Shown here piece by piece: positions 32,024 to 43,246 of a stretch of DNA of 64,000 nt. How positions within the stretch are numbered: position 1 is the stretch's first letter; the number at the start of each line of letters is the position of its first letter. The position numbers and the translations under genes are program-made. This stretch comes from a candidate division FCPU426 bacterium (GTDB taxonomy: Bacteria > Oederibacteriota > Muellerivitia > Muellerivitales > Muellerivitaceae): positions 138,330-202,329 of the forward strand of contig CAWCKJ010000008.1 in the NCBI GenBank assembly GCA_963796105.1, read 5' to 3'. Under the pieces are notes generated by a model. That model was not told the DNA's origin, ran no database searches, and saw only the letters and a list, made by a program, of their open reading frames with translations.

Positions 32024-34225
32024 GTGATGATGTTTATTCCGTTTGGGTTGTTATTTACCGTTTTCTTTTTCTACCTGCGCACCCATTGCGGGACATTCAA
32101 TATCAACGATTCCGGCGAAACCATCATGGTCTGCGACCTGTTGACCATCAGCCATTCGCCCGGATACCCACTGCACGCCCTCTGGGGAAGGGTGAACTGC
32201 CTTCTGCCCCTGGGAAAGCCTATGCTCCGGGTCACCTTCGCTTCCGTCGTTACCGGGACCTTGTCCGTGGTTGTCGTCTATCACATCTTGAAAATGATGC
32301 TGAAGGAAATCTTCAGCCCGACGGATCCGGTTGACGGGACCGTCAAGGAAAACAAATCGGGGCCTTGGATCTGGGAAATTCCCTCCTTGTTCGGCGCCTT
32401 GATCTTCGCCTTCTCCTACCAGCAATGGTTCCAGGCCTGCGGGGCCAAGGGCGGTATCTATACGCTCAATACCTGCATCTCAGTCAGCGTGATATTCTTT
32501 TTATTCAAAATGAGGGAAAACGGGAAGTTCATCAAGTCCTTCCTCGTGATGGCTTTCGTTTACGGGCTGGGCCTGGCAAACCATTATCATGACCAGCTCG
32601 CACTGACTCCCGGTTACTTGATCCTTTTCATGGCTGCCCAGCGGCGCGTGCCGATCAAGAAAATATTGGGGTCACTCCTGAGGCCCTTTGACTTCACGGA
32701 GAATATGCTCAACATATTGTCCGCCCTTGGCACGGTGAACTTGATCCGAGCGGGTTGTTTTGCCTTTTTACCAGCGTCCGTTTACATTTACCTCCCGCTC
32801 AGGGCTATCCAGAATCCGGTGGTGAATTGGTGGAATCCCAATAACTTCGAGAGGCTTTGGGGCACCTTTGTCCGAAAAGGCTATGAGAACATCGGCGATG
32901 TCGCCCATCCCTGGGATTCCTTCGTCCGCAACGTCAAACGGTATTTCTTCCACGCCCAGGACCAGTTTGGCTCCGTTTTCACCTATCTAGTGGTTCTTTT
33001 GCTCATCTTGGGAATTATCTGGCTGTTTAAACGGCAAAGGGCGAGTCTGGCGAGTTTCTTGACGATGGCTTTTTGCATTCTGATGGCCGTATGGCTCTAT
33101 TGCAAACCCCTGGAAGGCTACCAATGGACCCTGGATAACTTCTTCACCACGGTTTTCCTGATGGAATCCATACTGGCCGCGGCTGGGTTCGCGGCGATCT
33201 TCGAATGGGTGACTAGGGAATGGACCCACAGGCTGATTCCTGTCTTCTTAGGGGCATTATGCCTTGGGTTCGGCTTCATGCCCTTGGAGCTGAACTATCC
33301 CGTCAGCGACCAATGCCGCTATATCAGCTCTTATGACGAGGGAATCAACATGCTCAAGTCCGTCAACCGGACAGGGGTCATTCTTTGCAACGGCGATATC
33401 GACATCCTTCCACTCTGGTACCTCCAATTCGTGGAGAACAAGCGCACCGAGGTGGCCTCCTTCACCATGCAGTTGATCCCTTATGATTGGTACAGGAATC
33501 CCTTGTTCGAGCGCTGGCCTTTCCTCAAGGTACCGATGAGGCGGGATATTTACGGGCACGAGGACATCCGTCCCGAGACGGTCGTTCAGGATATCATCGA
33601 CCAGCACGCCGAGGATCGGTCCTTTTATTTCACGAACATCTATACCGCCCCCTGGATGAGGGAGAAGAATCCCTCCGTGCCGGAGGGGTTCTTATGGAGG
33701 ATTGTCAAGACCAAGGACCTGAGTTACGCCTTCTCCTCGGACCGGCTGAACAAGACTTGGTCCACCTACCGCTTAAGGAACATGAACGCTCCCGACAGGG
33801 GTTATTGGGACGAATACACCGATGTCATGAAGGATTCCTACGGCATCGGCTACGATTTCACGGGTTATTTCGCCTTGATGAACAAGATGCCGGACTTGGC
33901 CCTCTGGAGCTTTGGAAACGCCTTGAACTACCGCCAGTCCCAGACCTTGTCCCGGATATACTTGATGCTGGGCGAAACCTATTACAACATGGGCAATTGG
34001 CAGTCCGCAGTCAACAGCTACCAGGACTCCATCAAAAGGGATTCTCGGAACCCCTACGCTTTCGCTCGAATGGGAGATTGCTACCGCATGATCAACGATT
34101 ATAACGACGCGGAGCAGGCCTACCGCGCGTCCTTGTCCATGAACCCCCAGCAAAAGGAAGCCCAGGACGGTCTGCAGTTGTTAAGCCAATCCGCGACCTA
34201 TGGGGAGCCTGGCCACAAACCGTGA
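32024..34225 (+). CDS. DUF2723 (TMEM260-like) membrane glycosyltransferase with C-terminal TPRs
   Basis: DSGE and HSPGYPL motifs, YLPLRA..NP..NW..P, GDIDILPLWYLQ, many TM segments, TPRs. Confidence 0.85.
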   Translation: MMMFIPFGLLFTVFFFYLRTHCGTFNINDSGETIMVCDLLTISHSPGYPLHALWGRVNCLLPLGKPMLRVTFASVVTGTLSVVVVYHILKMMLKEIFSPTDPVDGTVKENKSGPWIWEIPSLFGALIFAFSYQQWFQACGAKGGIYTLNTCISVSVIFFLFKMRENGKFIKSFLVMAFVYGLGLANHYHDQLALTPGYLILFMAAQRRVPIKKILGSLLRPFDFTENMLNILSALGTVNLIRAGCFAFLPASVYIYLPLRAIQNPVVNWWNPNNFERLWGTFVRKGYENIGDVAHPWDSFVRNVKRYFFHAQDQFGSVFTYLVVLLLILGIIWLFKRQRASLASFLTMAFCILMAVWLYCKPLEGYQWTLDNFFTTVFLMESILAAAGFAAIFEWVTREWTHRLIPVFLGALCLGFGFMPLELNYPVSDQCRYISSYDEGINMLKSVNRTGVILCNGDIDILPLWYLQFVENKRTEVASFTMQLIPYDWYRNPLFERWPFLKVPMRRDIYGHEDIRPETVVQDIIDQHAEDRSFYFTNIYTAPWMREKNPSVPEGFLWRIVKTKDLSYAFSSDRLNKTWSTYRLRNMNAPDRGYWDEYTDVMKDSYGIGYDFTGYFALMNKMPDLALWSFGNALNYRQSQTLSRIYLMLGETYYNMGNWQSAVNSYQDSIKRDSRNPYAFARMGDCYRMINDYNDAEQAYRASLSMNPQQKEAQDGLQLLSQSATYGEPGHKP

Positions 34226-35010
34226 GGATGAAAAACATCCGCTTGACGGTGGAGTATGACGGGACCGCCTATGCCGGGTGGCAGAAGCAGGCCCAATCCC
34301 CGACGCTCCAAAGCACCCTCGAGGAGCGTCTCCGGAAAGTTTGCGGCCATCCCCTGGACCTTCTGGTGGCGGGTAGAACCGATTCCGGGGTCCATGCCCT
34401 GGGCCAAACAGCCAATTTCCATACTTCCTCCGCCCTGCCGGTCCAAAGGATCCATACGGTCCTCAACCAGCTTTTACCCCATGACATAAGGATCGTGTCG
34501 GCCAAGGAGGTTCCCGAGACCTTTCACGCGACTTTCCACGCCAAGGCTAGGCTTTACCGGTATGTCATAAGGAATTCCGCCGATTACACGGTGTTTGACC
34601 GCAATACCTACCATCATGTCCGTCCCCTTTTGGATGTCCAGGCCATGGCGAGAGCCGGCAGGGAATTGCAGGGAGAGCACGATTTCACCGCCTTCCGGGG
34701 AACCTTGGGGAAAAGGGCCAATCCCAGGAGAAATCTGATCAAGGTGACGGTTAAGAAAAAAGGTCACGATATATTTATGGAGTACCTGGGCGAATCCTTC
34801 CTGCACCAAATGGTGAGGATCCTCAGCGGCACCCTCCTTTACGTGGGCCTGGGAAAGTTCAAGCCCGAGGACATGAAATCGATCCTTCTATCCAGGGACA
34901 GGAAAAAGGCGGGACCCACTTTGCCCCCGAACGGTTTATTCCTGGTCAAGGTTTTTTACCCTAGGGTATTCCCGGAAGTGAAAAGATGGGGAAAGAAGGA
35001 AGTGGAGTGA
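34222..35010 (+). CDS. truA: tRNA pseudouridine(38-40) synthase
   Basis: EYDGT.Y.GWQ.Q, AGRTDSGVHA, HDFTAF, FLHQMVR. Confidence 0.97.
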   Translation: MRMKNIRLTVEYDGTAYAGWQKQAQSPTLQSTLEERLRKVCGHPLDLLVAGRTDSGVHALGQTANFHTSSALPVQRIHTVLNQLLPHDIRIVSAKEVPETFHATFHAKARLYRYVIRNSADYTVFDRNTYHHVRPLLDVQAMARAGRELQGEHDFTAFRGTLGKRANPRRNLIKVTVKKKGHDIFMEYLGESFLHQMVRILSGTLLYVGLGKFKPEDMKSILLSRDRKKAGPTLPPNGLFLVKVFYPRVFPEVKRWGKKEVE

Positions 35011-35012
35011 AA

Positions 35013-35603
35013 ATGGGCATGGCCCTTTTTTATACGGGAGCTTTGGGTATGTTCCTGACCTTCGGGGTTTTCGGGGAAGAACCTATCGCCGGGGCGTTGA
35101 GGCAAAACCCAACCGGCCTGGCCGGCCCTTTCATCCTCTTTGGTTTCGCCGGATTATCGGGAATTCTTCTTTTATTTGTCCGCTCAAAATCGTTTATCGC
35201 CAACAGTAAGACGCTCCTGTATTTCACTCACGGGACCGCTTTGATCTCGATTTTTTGGCTACTTCTTTGGTGTTTCGTCTGGCTATACATGATGGGAAAC
35301 ATGGGGGACAAGGCGGAAATGTATATCAAACACACATCTTATCTGCACCTATTTGGGGTGGGATTTTCCATGGGAGGATACGTCACTGGCTGGATGACGC
35401 CGGTAAAAGGTAAAAGATCCGCCCGTTTCCTGATGGTTCTGGGTTGGGCGGTCAGCTACATGGCTTGGTTCAATTTAGTCCTACAGCCTACTTTGAGGTT
35501 TCTTTGGGCTCCCGCGATAGGGGGATTGTTGGTTGTTTTAGGGGCATTTCTTGTTGCGCGGTCGTTAAAGGCCCCTGTTGAGGCTCCCATGCAGGTAGCG
35601 TAG
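35013..35603 (+). CDS. Hypothetical multi-pass membrane protein
   Basis: About 6 hydrophobic segments, tightly packed in the operon. Confidence 0.65.
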   Translation: MGMALFYTGALGMFLTFGVFGEEPIAGALRQNPTGLAGPFILFGFAGLSGILLLFVRSKSFIANSKTLLYFTHGTALISIFWLLLWCFVWLYMMGNMGDKAEMYIKHTSYLHLFGVGFSMGGYVTGWMTPVKGKRSARFLMVLGWAVSYMAWFNLVLQPTLRFLWAPAIGGLLVVLGAFLVARSLKAPVEAPMQVA

Positions 35604-35637
35604 AATGCCATTCCTTAATTCCAAGCAAGGACTTCAG

Positions 35638-37089
35638 ATGTCTTATTCCTCGTTAAACGATTTCGTTGAAAAACTCGAGAAAAAAAATGAACTGGTACGG
35701 ATCCAGGACGAGGTGGACCCAGTATTAGAAATCACTTCCATCGCAGACAAAATGTCCAAGTCTCCCCAAGGGGGAAAGGCCCTATTGTTCGAGAAAGTCA
35801 AGGGTAACTCTTTTCCGGTCCTGATAAACGCCTTCGGGTCTTACTCCCGTATGAGCCTGGCCTTGGGAGTGGGGGACCTGGAAGAGCATGCCAAGGCGAT
35901 CAAGGATCTGATGGAAATGAAGCCCCCAAAGGGGTTCGTTGACAAGGTCAAGCTTTTTCCCAAGCTGGTTGAGATCTCGAATTATCCCCCCAAGGAAGTC
36001 TCCGCCGGTGCCTGCCAGGAGGTGGTGGAGAAAATCCCGGACTTGAATTCCTTGCCGGTATTGAAGTGCTGGCCCCAGGACGGGGGTCGTTTCATCACCC
36101 TGCCCTTGGTTTATACCCAGGACCCGGAAACGGGCAACCGAAATATCGGCATGTATCGCATGCAGGTATATGACGGGAAAACCACCGGAATGCATTGGCA
36201 GGTCCACCACCACGGGGCGGCCCATCACCGCGCGGCGGAAAAGCTGGGCAAGCGTTTGGAGGTAGCGGTAGCTTTGGGCGGAGATCCCGCCTTGACCTAT
36301 TCCGCCACAGCGCCTTTGCCGGATGGGTTGGATGAATTGTTGTTCGCCGGGTTCCTACGGAAAAAACCGGTCGAGTTGGTGAAATGCAAGACCGTCGATT
36401 TGATGGTGAACGCGGACGCTGATTTTGTATTGGAAGGATACGTAGAGCCGGGTGAGAGGCGCAAGGAAGGTCCTTTCGGGGACCATACGGGTTATTACAG
36501 CCTGGCCGATGACTATCCGGTCTTTCACATCACATGTATCACCCATCGGAAAAATCCCATTTATCCTGCGACTATCGTGGGAATACCTCCGATGGAAGAC
36601 GCCTATTTCGGGAAGGCCACTGAGAGGCTGTTTCTTCCCATCCTCCAGAAGATCTTGCCGGAGGTGGTGGATATGGACCTGCCATATGACGGCATATTCC
36701 ATAACCTGGCGATTGTCTCCATCAAGAAGCAGTATCCCCAGCATGCCCGGAAAGTCATGTTCGCCCTCTGGGGTTTGGGGCAGATGATGCTTAATAAGGT
36801 TGTAGTGGTAGTGGATGAGGACACAGACGTCCACAATTACGGCCAGGTCCTATGGAGGGTGGGGAACTGCATGGACGCCAAGAGGGATGTGGTCATCACG
36901 GAAGGGCCATTGGACGTGCTGGACCATACTTCTCCCCAATGGGGTTGGGGGGGGAAGATGGGGATTGACGCCACGAGGAAGTGGAAAGAGGAAGGTTTCA
37001 ACAGGGAATGGCCTGATGAGTTGAAAATGGATCCAAAAGTGGAAGAACATGTCAGGCCGATCCTTCGAAAGTTGGGTCTTATAAAATAA
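35638..37089 (+). CDS. ubiD: UbiD-family menaquinone biosynthesis decarboxylase (MqnL-like)
   Basis: WPQDGGRFITLP, NIGMYRMQ, EGPFGDHTGYY, PPMED, KMGIDAT. Confidence 0.93.
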   Translation: MSYSSLNDFVEKLEKKNELVRIQDEVDPVLEITSIADKMSKSPQGGKALLFEKVKGNSFPVLINAFGSYSRMSLALGVGDLEEHAKAIKDLMEMKPPKGFVDKVKLFPKLVEISNYPPKEVSAGACQEVVEKIPDLNSLPVLKCWPQDGGRFITLPLVYTQDPETGNRNIGMYRMQVYDGKTTGMHWQVHHHGAAHHRAAEKLGKRLEVAVALGGDPALTYSATAPLPDGLDELLFAGFLRKKPVELVKCKTVDLMVNADADFVLEGYVEPGERRKEGPFGDHTGYYSLADDYPVFHITCITHRKNPIYPATIVGIPPMEDAYFGKATERLFLPILQKILPEVVDMDLPYDGIFHNLAIVSIKKQYPQHARKVMFALWGLGQMMLNKVVVVVDEDTDVHNYGQVLWRVGNCMDAKRDVVITEGPLDVLDHTSPQWGWGGKMGIDATRKWKEEGFNREWPDELKMDPKVEEHVRPILRKLGLIK

Positions 37090-37161
37090 GTGATTGTTTA
37101 TTGGGGAAACCATCCCAGGGGGGATGGGGATTATAAAAAATCAAATTTGAAAGGCTTAAAA

Positions 37162-37851
37162 ATGAGCGCGACGATCCAGGATATGTTTTCACGCATCGCA
37201 AGTACCTATGATCAGGCGAACCACCAGTTGTCCTTTAACAAGGACATCCAGTGGCGGAAGGATTCGGTGAAACAGCTATTAAGCGGTGGATTCACGCCCA
37301 ACAAGGTCTTGGACCTTTGCGCGGGAACGGGTGATTTCGCCTTGGCGGTCAAGGAACAGGTGCCCTCGGCCCAGGTCATTTTGGCGGATTTCGCCAAGCC
37401 CATGCTCCAATTAGCCAAGGGAAAGATCGGGTCGAAAAACGGTTTTAATCTATTGGTGGCGGACGCCTTGAAACTGCCCTTCCATGACATGGCCTTTGAC
37501 ACCGTGCTTTGCGGGTTCGGGGTGCGGAACCTGGATTCCGCGGAGGCGGGATTGAAGGAAATAGCCAGGGTGCTGAAACCAGGGGGAAGGGCCGTGATCC
37601 TGGAGTTTTTCAAGCCCACCGGATTCTGGACCAAATTGGCCTATGCCTTCTATGTGGGAACCATCCTGCCCATTAGGGGAGGGGTTGTTTCCAAGGATAA
37701 GACTGCCTACGATTATCTTCAGAAGTCAGCGAGGAGTTTCTCCTCGGCGGAGGATTTCCAAAAGCTCGTCGAGAAATGCGGGTTCAAGGATGTCGTGAGC
37801 GATAGCAAAACCATGGGAGTGGCGGTCAGCGTGATGGGAATACGTAAGTAA
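37162..37851 (+). CDS. menG: Demethylmenaquinone methyltransferase (UbiE/MenG)
   Basis: MFSRIA..YD..N..LSF, VLDLCAGTGD, FGVRN, RVLKPGG. Confidence 0.92.
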   Translation: MSATIQDMFSRIASTYDQANHQLSFNKDIQWRKDSVKQLLSGGFTPNKVLDLCAGTGDFALAVKEQVPSAQVILADFAKPMLQLAKGKIGSKNGFNLLVADALKLPFHDMAFDTVLCGFGVRNLDSAEAGLKEIARVLKPGGRAVILEFFKPTGFWTKLAYAFYVGTILPIRGGVVSKDKTAYDYLQKSARSFSSAEDFQKLVEKCGFKDVVSDSKTMGVAVSVMGIRK

Positions 37852-37860
37852 GGCGAAAAG

Positions 37861-38130
37861 ATGCCTATCATTTCATCCTTTTATGGAATTATCGTTATGA
37901 TGTATTTCTTGGATAAAAACCGGCATAAGCGCGCTCATATTCATGCCCGATACCAGAATCATGAAGTGGTCATAGGCGTTCCTGAAGGGGATGTTTTGGA
38001 GGGCCGCCTGCCACCTGATAAAATGAAGCTATTGCAAGCTTGGGTGGAAATCCATAAACAAGAATTGATGGACGATTGGAAAAAGGCATCCATCGGAAAG
38101 CCTATCTCCAAGATAGAACCATTGAGGTAA
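37861..38130 (+). CDS. DUF4160-family protein (predicted toxin-antitoxin component)
   Basis: MPIISSFYGI..MY...H...HIHARY...AWVEIHKQELMDDW. Confidence 0.88.
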   Translation: MPIISSFYGIIVMMYFLDKNRHKRAHIHARYQNHEVVIGVPEGDVLEGRLPPDKMKLLQAWVEIHKQELMDDWKKASIGKPISKIEPLR

Positions 38131-38134
38131 AAAG

Positions 38135-38461
38135 ATGAATCCGAGAATTAAACAAGTTAAAGCAGAGGATAATTATTGCCTGAGGCTGACCTTTGAAAAT
38201 GGTGAAACGCGGATGTTTGATATGAAACCGTACCTATCCAAAGGTATATTCCGCAAACTACGGAAGCAAGATGCTTTTCGGTCGGTAAAAGTTTCTTTTG
38301 GGTCAATCCAATGGAAAGACGGCCAGGATCTTTGCCCTGATACGCTTTATGAAGAAAGTAAGCCATTTTCCCGAATTGAATCGGTTTTGGCGATTCATGA
38401 GAAATCTGCGGAGTATAAATCTAGAATGAAAAAAAGCCGCTTAAGTGCAAGTGGGAAATGA
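38135..38461 (+). CDS. DUF2442-family protein (partner of DUF4160)
   Basis: YCLRLTFENGE...FD, IQW..GQDLCPDTLY. Confidence 0.88.
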   Translation: MNPRIKQVKAEDNYCLRLTFENGETRMFDMKPYLSKGIFRKLRKQDAFRSVKVSFGSIQWKDGQDLCPDTLYEESKPFSRIESVLAIHEKSAEYKSRMKKSRLSASGK

Positions 38462-38484
38462 TGAGTATCAGTTTGGAGGCTGAA

Positions 38485-39078
38485 TTGGCAGTGAAAAAGA
38501 TTCTAGTGGCGGTAACAGGTGCTTCGGGGACCCTCTATGCCAGGAGGTTTTTCCAGCACCTTCCCTATGACGATTGGGAGGTTCACGCGGTGGTATCTTC
38601 CGCAGCGCGGATCGTGGCGTCCCATGAGGGCGGCTTGAGCCTTCCGCCCCACGTAAAGGAATGGGATGAAAACGACCTAACGGCTCCCTCCGCCAGCGGC
38701 TCGAATAAATTCGAGGCCATGGTGGTCATCCCATGTTCCACGACCACTTTGGGGAAGCTGGCCCACGGAATAGCGGACAACCTCATTACCCGTTCGGGAG
38801 AGGTGTTCCTAAAGGAGCGCCGCAAGCTGATATTGGTACCCCGGGAAACACCCCTATCCCTTATCCAAATCAAGAACATGGAGCTTCTCACCCTGGCCGG
38901 AGCCCACGTTATCCCAGCGACCCCCAGCTTTTACGGCAATCCCCATACCATCGAGGAACTCGTGGATACGGTCATTGCCCGGGTTTATGACCATGTCGGC
39001 ATCGAGGCTGAAGTTTCCAAGAGGTGGCGAGCGGAAGAGAAGAAACAGGTTAGAAGCGGGGAAGAATCAGCTTTTTAG
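38485..39078 (+). CDS. ubiX: UbiX-family flavin prenyltransferase
   Basis: VAVTGASG, ASGS, PCS..TL, LKERRKLILVPRETPL, PSFY. Confidence 0.95.
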   Translation: MAVKKILVAVTGASGTLYARRFFQHLPYDDWEVHAVVSSAARIVASHEGGLSLPPHVKEWDENDLTAPSASGSNKFEAMVVIPCSTTTLGKLAHGIADNLITRSGEVFLKERRKLILVPRETPLSLIQIKNMELLTLAGAHVIPATPSFYGNPHTIEELVDTVIARVYDHVGIEAEVSKRWRAEEKKQVRSGEESAF

Positions 39079-39083
39079 TTCCG

Positions 39084-39341
39084 TCATGAAACCGGCAAGC
39101 TTGGCGACGATGCCCCCTCCAGGATCCTTTGGTCGGCCTGGGCCGTCTCCAGGGTCTTTTGCCCCCCGGTCATAGCCAAGTGAATCTCGTAATCCTCCCC
39201 GCCCTTGTATTTGACCTTGATATTGGGGCCTAAATCCTTCCAATCCTCGGCAAAAGGATCTTTTTTCTTGTTTTGCTCTTTTTCATTGTGATCTCGGACA
39301 AAATCATGGGGTTCTCCACCGTTTTGTACCCATTCGATCAT
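39084..39341 (-). CDS. Hypothetical small protein
   Basis: 85-aa ORF convergent with ubiX and not overlapping it; no family recognised. Confidence 0.35.
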   Translation of the reverse strand: MIEWVQNGGEPHDFVRDHNEKEQNKKKDPFAEDWKDLGPNIKVKYKGGEDYEIHLAMTGGQKTLETAQADQRILEGASSPSLPVS

Positions 39342-40849
39342 TTTTTTAACCTGCGCCTCTCCGGAATTCTGTAATTAATAATGGGTTCCAGGCTGTCACA
39401 GATCAAAACAGGGTCCTCCAGGACGGCTCAAGCAATGGGGCGGTGTTTGGAAAAAGAAGAATGGGCGTTTATTGGAAAGCCGGACTTGGGATCAATTGCC
39501 TGAGTTTGCTGTGAAATAAAGTTGAAAAGCTGTGTCCGAGAAGTAAGGTTATCCAGGGTTCATTCCTAACTTTCCTCTCCAAAATCCACACATAATCCTT
39601 CTGCCGATTAATAAGAAATCATCTTGGATATGTCTGGAGACGCATGAATGGGAAAATAGAACGTAACAAAAATAAAAAACAAATAGAATTGAACGTAATC
39701 AGGCCACTCGGGACAGAAATACAACAAAAAATTTCCATTTTTTTCTTTCGTTTAACGAGAAATTGTTTTTTTCGCTGGTTTCAGACGTTCGGTTCATCTC
39801 AACCATTTGGTGGCCGCGTTGGAAGAAGTTCAGGTTATGTCTTTGTAAAAAAATAATTATTTATTATTAAAAATTATTTTTATGCGGTAATATTCTCTCG
39901 AATTTATTTTTAAAAAAAGTTTATCTGCTTAAAAAATTTCTAGGCGAATCGTATGAATAGAATTGGACCTGACAATCCAGCCCCGCGAAAAACAAAAAGC
40001 TTCCTTTCTTTAATTCTTGTCATTTCAACCTCAGCCTTTTTCTTCCTCATCATGGCTTTTATTTCCATTTTTTCTTCCTCGGCTCTTTCCTGGGAATTCC
40101 CATGGAACTCTGGTAGCGTTTCAGCCGACGCCGGCAATCAGAAAGTAATTTCGTATTCAACCACCCCGACTCCTACTCCTTCTGGTTATAACAGGGTAAA
40201 AAATAAATATCCCCGCCATGGCGGCTCTACATGGAATTCGACCAATCAAGGGACGCTCGGTTCACACGCGCCTAGCACGGTGATTTGGGGTTTTAGAAAT
40301 AAACCCACTACGACCAGGACTGCAATGGTCACTGGGTCTCTCACGCCGACCTCCACAGGTACTCAAAGCCCCACCGCGACTCCGATAGCGACCTATAGCC
40401 GGACCCTAGATGATTTGAAAAGGCCTTGGGATTTTACTGCCAGTCTCGACAGTGGAGCTGTGGTCTTAACCTGGCGCTCCCCCCGGGCGGGGACCTTCAG
40501 CCATCCCATGGGCTATCACATTTACCGTTCCGAGGGGCCCGCCGATACCTTCCAAATGATCGGGACCATTTTGGCGGATGAGGGAACAAGCAGTAAATCT
40601 TTCGCGATGTTCAAGGATTACGCCTGGCCGGGAAATTGGTGCTATCAGGTGACGGCTTTCATCATGAACCCCGTGGCGGAAAGCGAGCCGTCGAATGAAA
40701 CCTGCGTGGAGTTGAATTCTCCGCCGACTCCCACGCTTACCCCGACAAAATCACCAACAGCAATTCCACCACCCACCATTACCCCTAGCCCGACTGAGAT
40801 TCAAAACAAGACATCTTCTTTTGCGGATATCAACCCAATGGCTTCAACG

Positions 40850-41512
40850 AACACATTCACGCCGACAAAAACTTCCACCAAAACATCAACGCCTACCGCG
40901 ACATCAACTTCAACAAAGACCTTCACTTGGACATCAACTTTTACCCGGACGTATACACCAAACAGTTATACGCCGACACCGACCTATACACGCACAAATA
41001 CCCCAAATAGCTATACGCCGACTCCGACATCGACGAAAACTTTTACCTACACCCCATCCTATACCCGCACATCCACGCCGAATAGTTATACGCCCACGAA
41101 AACCACGACTAAAACTTGGACAATGACTTTTACCCGTACTTACACGCCGAGTAGTTATACGCCGACACCAACCTATACAAAAACCAACACGCCGACCCCC
41201 AACGCCACCCAAACTTTCGCGCTAACCGCTACGTACCAAGCGCAGGAAACCCAAACTGAAAATGCCTTCCTGAGTTTCACTCCAACCCCGACCCTGACCA
41301 ATACGAACACATTCACTAATACCAATACTTATACCCCCACAGTTCCAACCCCGACCTTTACCTACACATACACGCCTACAGTGCCGACGCCGACATTCAC
41401 TTATTCTTACACTCCCATAGTTCCAACCCCGACATTTACCCGTACGTATACGCCCACAGGTCCGACACCGACATTTACCTATACTTACACGCTGACGACG
41501 CCGCCGACGCCC
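40850..41512 (+). repeat. Coding tandem repeats in the Thr/Pro/Tyr linker
   Basis: TRT(Y/N/S)TP(N/S)SYTPT x4 and 39-bp YTPxxPTPTFT units x4. Confidence 0.8.
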
Positions 41513-42250
41513 TGCGTGACTAACGCGGTCACTTGGAGCGGGAACATGAGCTACCCGTCTGGGGTGGTATACGGGGCGGACGGGAACGTCTATGTGCTGA
41601 ACAACGGGAGCAACCTGGTGCAGGTGTTCACGGCGCAGGGGGTGTATTTGAGGGGGTTCATCGTACCCACAAGCGACCCGCGGGGAACTGCGCAGGGGCC
41701 GGACGGGAACCTGTACATCAGCGACAACGGGAACAAGCGTGTGGACGTTGTGAGCACGCAGGGGGTGTCGTTGTCGGTAATCGGAAAGGGGGTGTTCGGG
41801 AGCACGCAGGGAATGGCTTTCGGGCCCAACGGAAACCTGTACGTGGCGGACCCGGCGGACAACGTGGTGAGGGAATACCAGGTGAACGGGACGGCGGTGA
41901 CGCAGTTTGGGACAGGGAAGGCTGATTCTTTCCTGGGAGACTTGAACAACCCGCAGGCGGTGGCGTTGGACGCCTCTGGGAACGTGTATGTGTATGACAA
42001 GAACAACAGCCGTGTGGAAGAGTTCAATCCCTCGGCATTGGCTTTGAGGGTGTGGGGAGAGGGGAACGAGAACACATACCAGATGAAATTCGACGCGAAC
42101 GGGTTCCTGTGGGAAGTGGACAACTCTAACAACCGTTTATTGGTTTACGACGTGAACGGAAACCAGAGGGAGATCGTCGGGAGCGGGGGGGAGGATCGGG
42201 ACAGTTTAACAGTCCCTATGCGCTGGATATTGACCCGAATGGAAATATTT

Positions 42251-43238
42251 CATGCCTATCCGAACAACGCTTGCGCAGTAATGGGTTTTGCCAAAGCGCA
42301 AGCGGTTAAGGCCCGGTGAAATAAGGAATCTGGGTCATGGCGACGATTGAACCGATAAGTATATTCGCTCAAGTATCCAGGCAGATATTTCACGTTGACT
42401 CCATGATGGGTTCCTAGGATCCAAGCCTTGGCGTTGGAAATGAATCGGTGGACCCAAGGTAACCAGTGATTTAACACCACTGGGTCATTGGCTGTTACCT
42501 GGTACTCCACATCCACGTTTTCCAAGTTTCTCAAGCTGGGACTGGCATCCGTGTTTATCATGGCGCCTTTCTGGATTGCTTGATCGACGAATGCTTGGGC
42601 TTCCCACTTGGTTTCTGCGGTCACCTTTATCTTTGCAAAACCCGCTTTCTCTTTTTTGCGCCCTTTCTCATCTATCCATTCTTTGCTTTCAACCGCCACC
42701 AGCACTTCAGCCTGGTTTTCCTTTTCTCTCTTGCCGAATACAGCCCCATCCAACTCAATGATTTCCTTGAGTTGGTAATTTTCATCCCTTTGTCGAAGAC
42801 TTTCCCGAATCTTATGCAACATCCTCCAAACGGTATCGTAGGAGGGCATTCCCAATTGCCGCTGAAGTTCCAGGGCTGAAATGCCCCTTTTCCCTTGCAT
42901 CACCAATCCAATCATCCTCAACCAGGTTAAGATTGGGATCTTGGATTTCCGGAAGATCGTTCCGGCTCGAAGCCGTATTTGCTTTCGACAATAGTCACAT
43001 TCCCGCACTTCGGGGCGGTTTTTGTGTTGCCAGAAACTTTCTCCTTCACATTGTGGGCAAACAAAGTCTTTTCCGGCAAAACGGCTCTTCCACACCCATT
43101 GACGTGCCTTTTCTTCTGTATCGATTTCCTTGAAAATCTCAATCCCCTTCATCCGTTGGTAGTTCATAATTTGCCCCTCCAACAATGAGTATACTCCTGT
43201 ATTCCTTTATTTCAACAGGTACCGTTTGGAGAGGCATT
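42251..43238 (-). mobile_element. IS1595-family element A, copy 2 (transposase 42256-43167)
   Basis: Protein identical to copy 1; flanked by AAATATTT on both sides. Confidence 0.96.
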
Positions 43239-43246
43239 AAATATTT

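Noticed and set aside
39360..39950. Possible oriC or DnaA-box cluster
   Set aside because: Only weak partial matches (TTATCCAGG, AAATCCACA); no perfect boxes and no dnaA context
40850..41512. Tandem repeats as CRISPR
   Set aside because: In-frame Thr/Pro coding repeats with no unique spacers and no cas genes
42190..42319. C-terminus of the 788-aa ORF
   Set aside because: Out-of-frame read-through after the G7 run into IS1595 sequence
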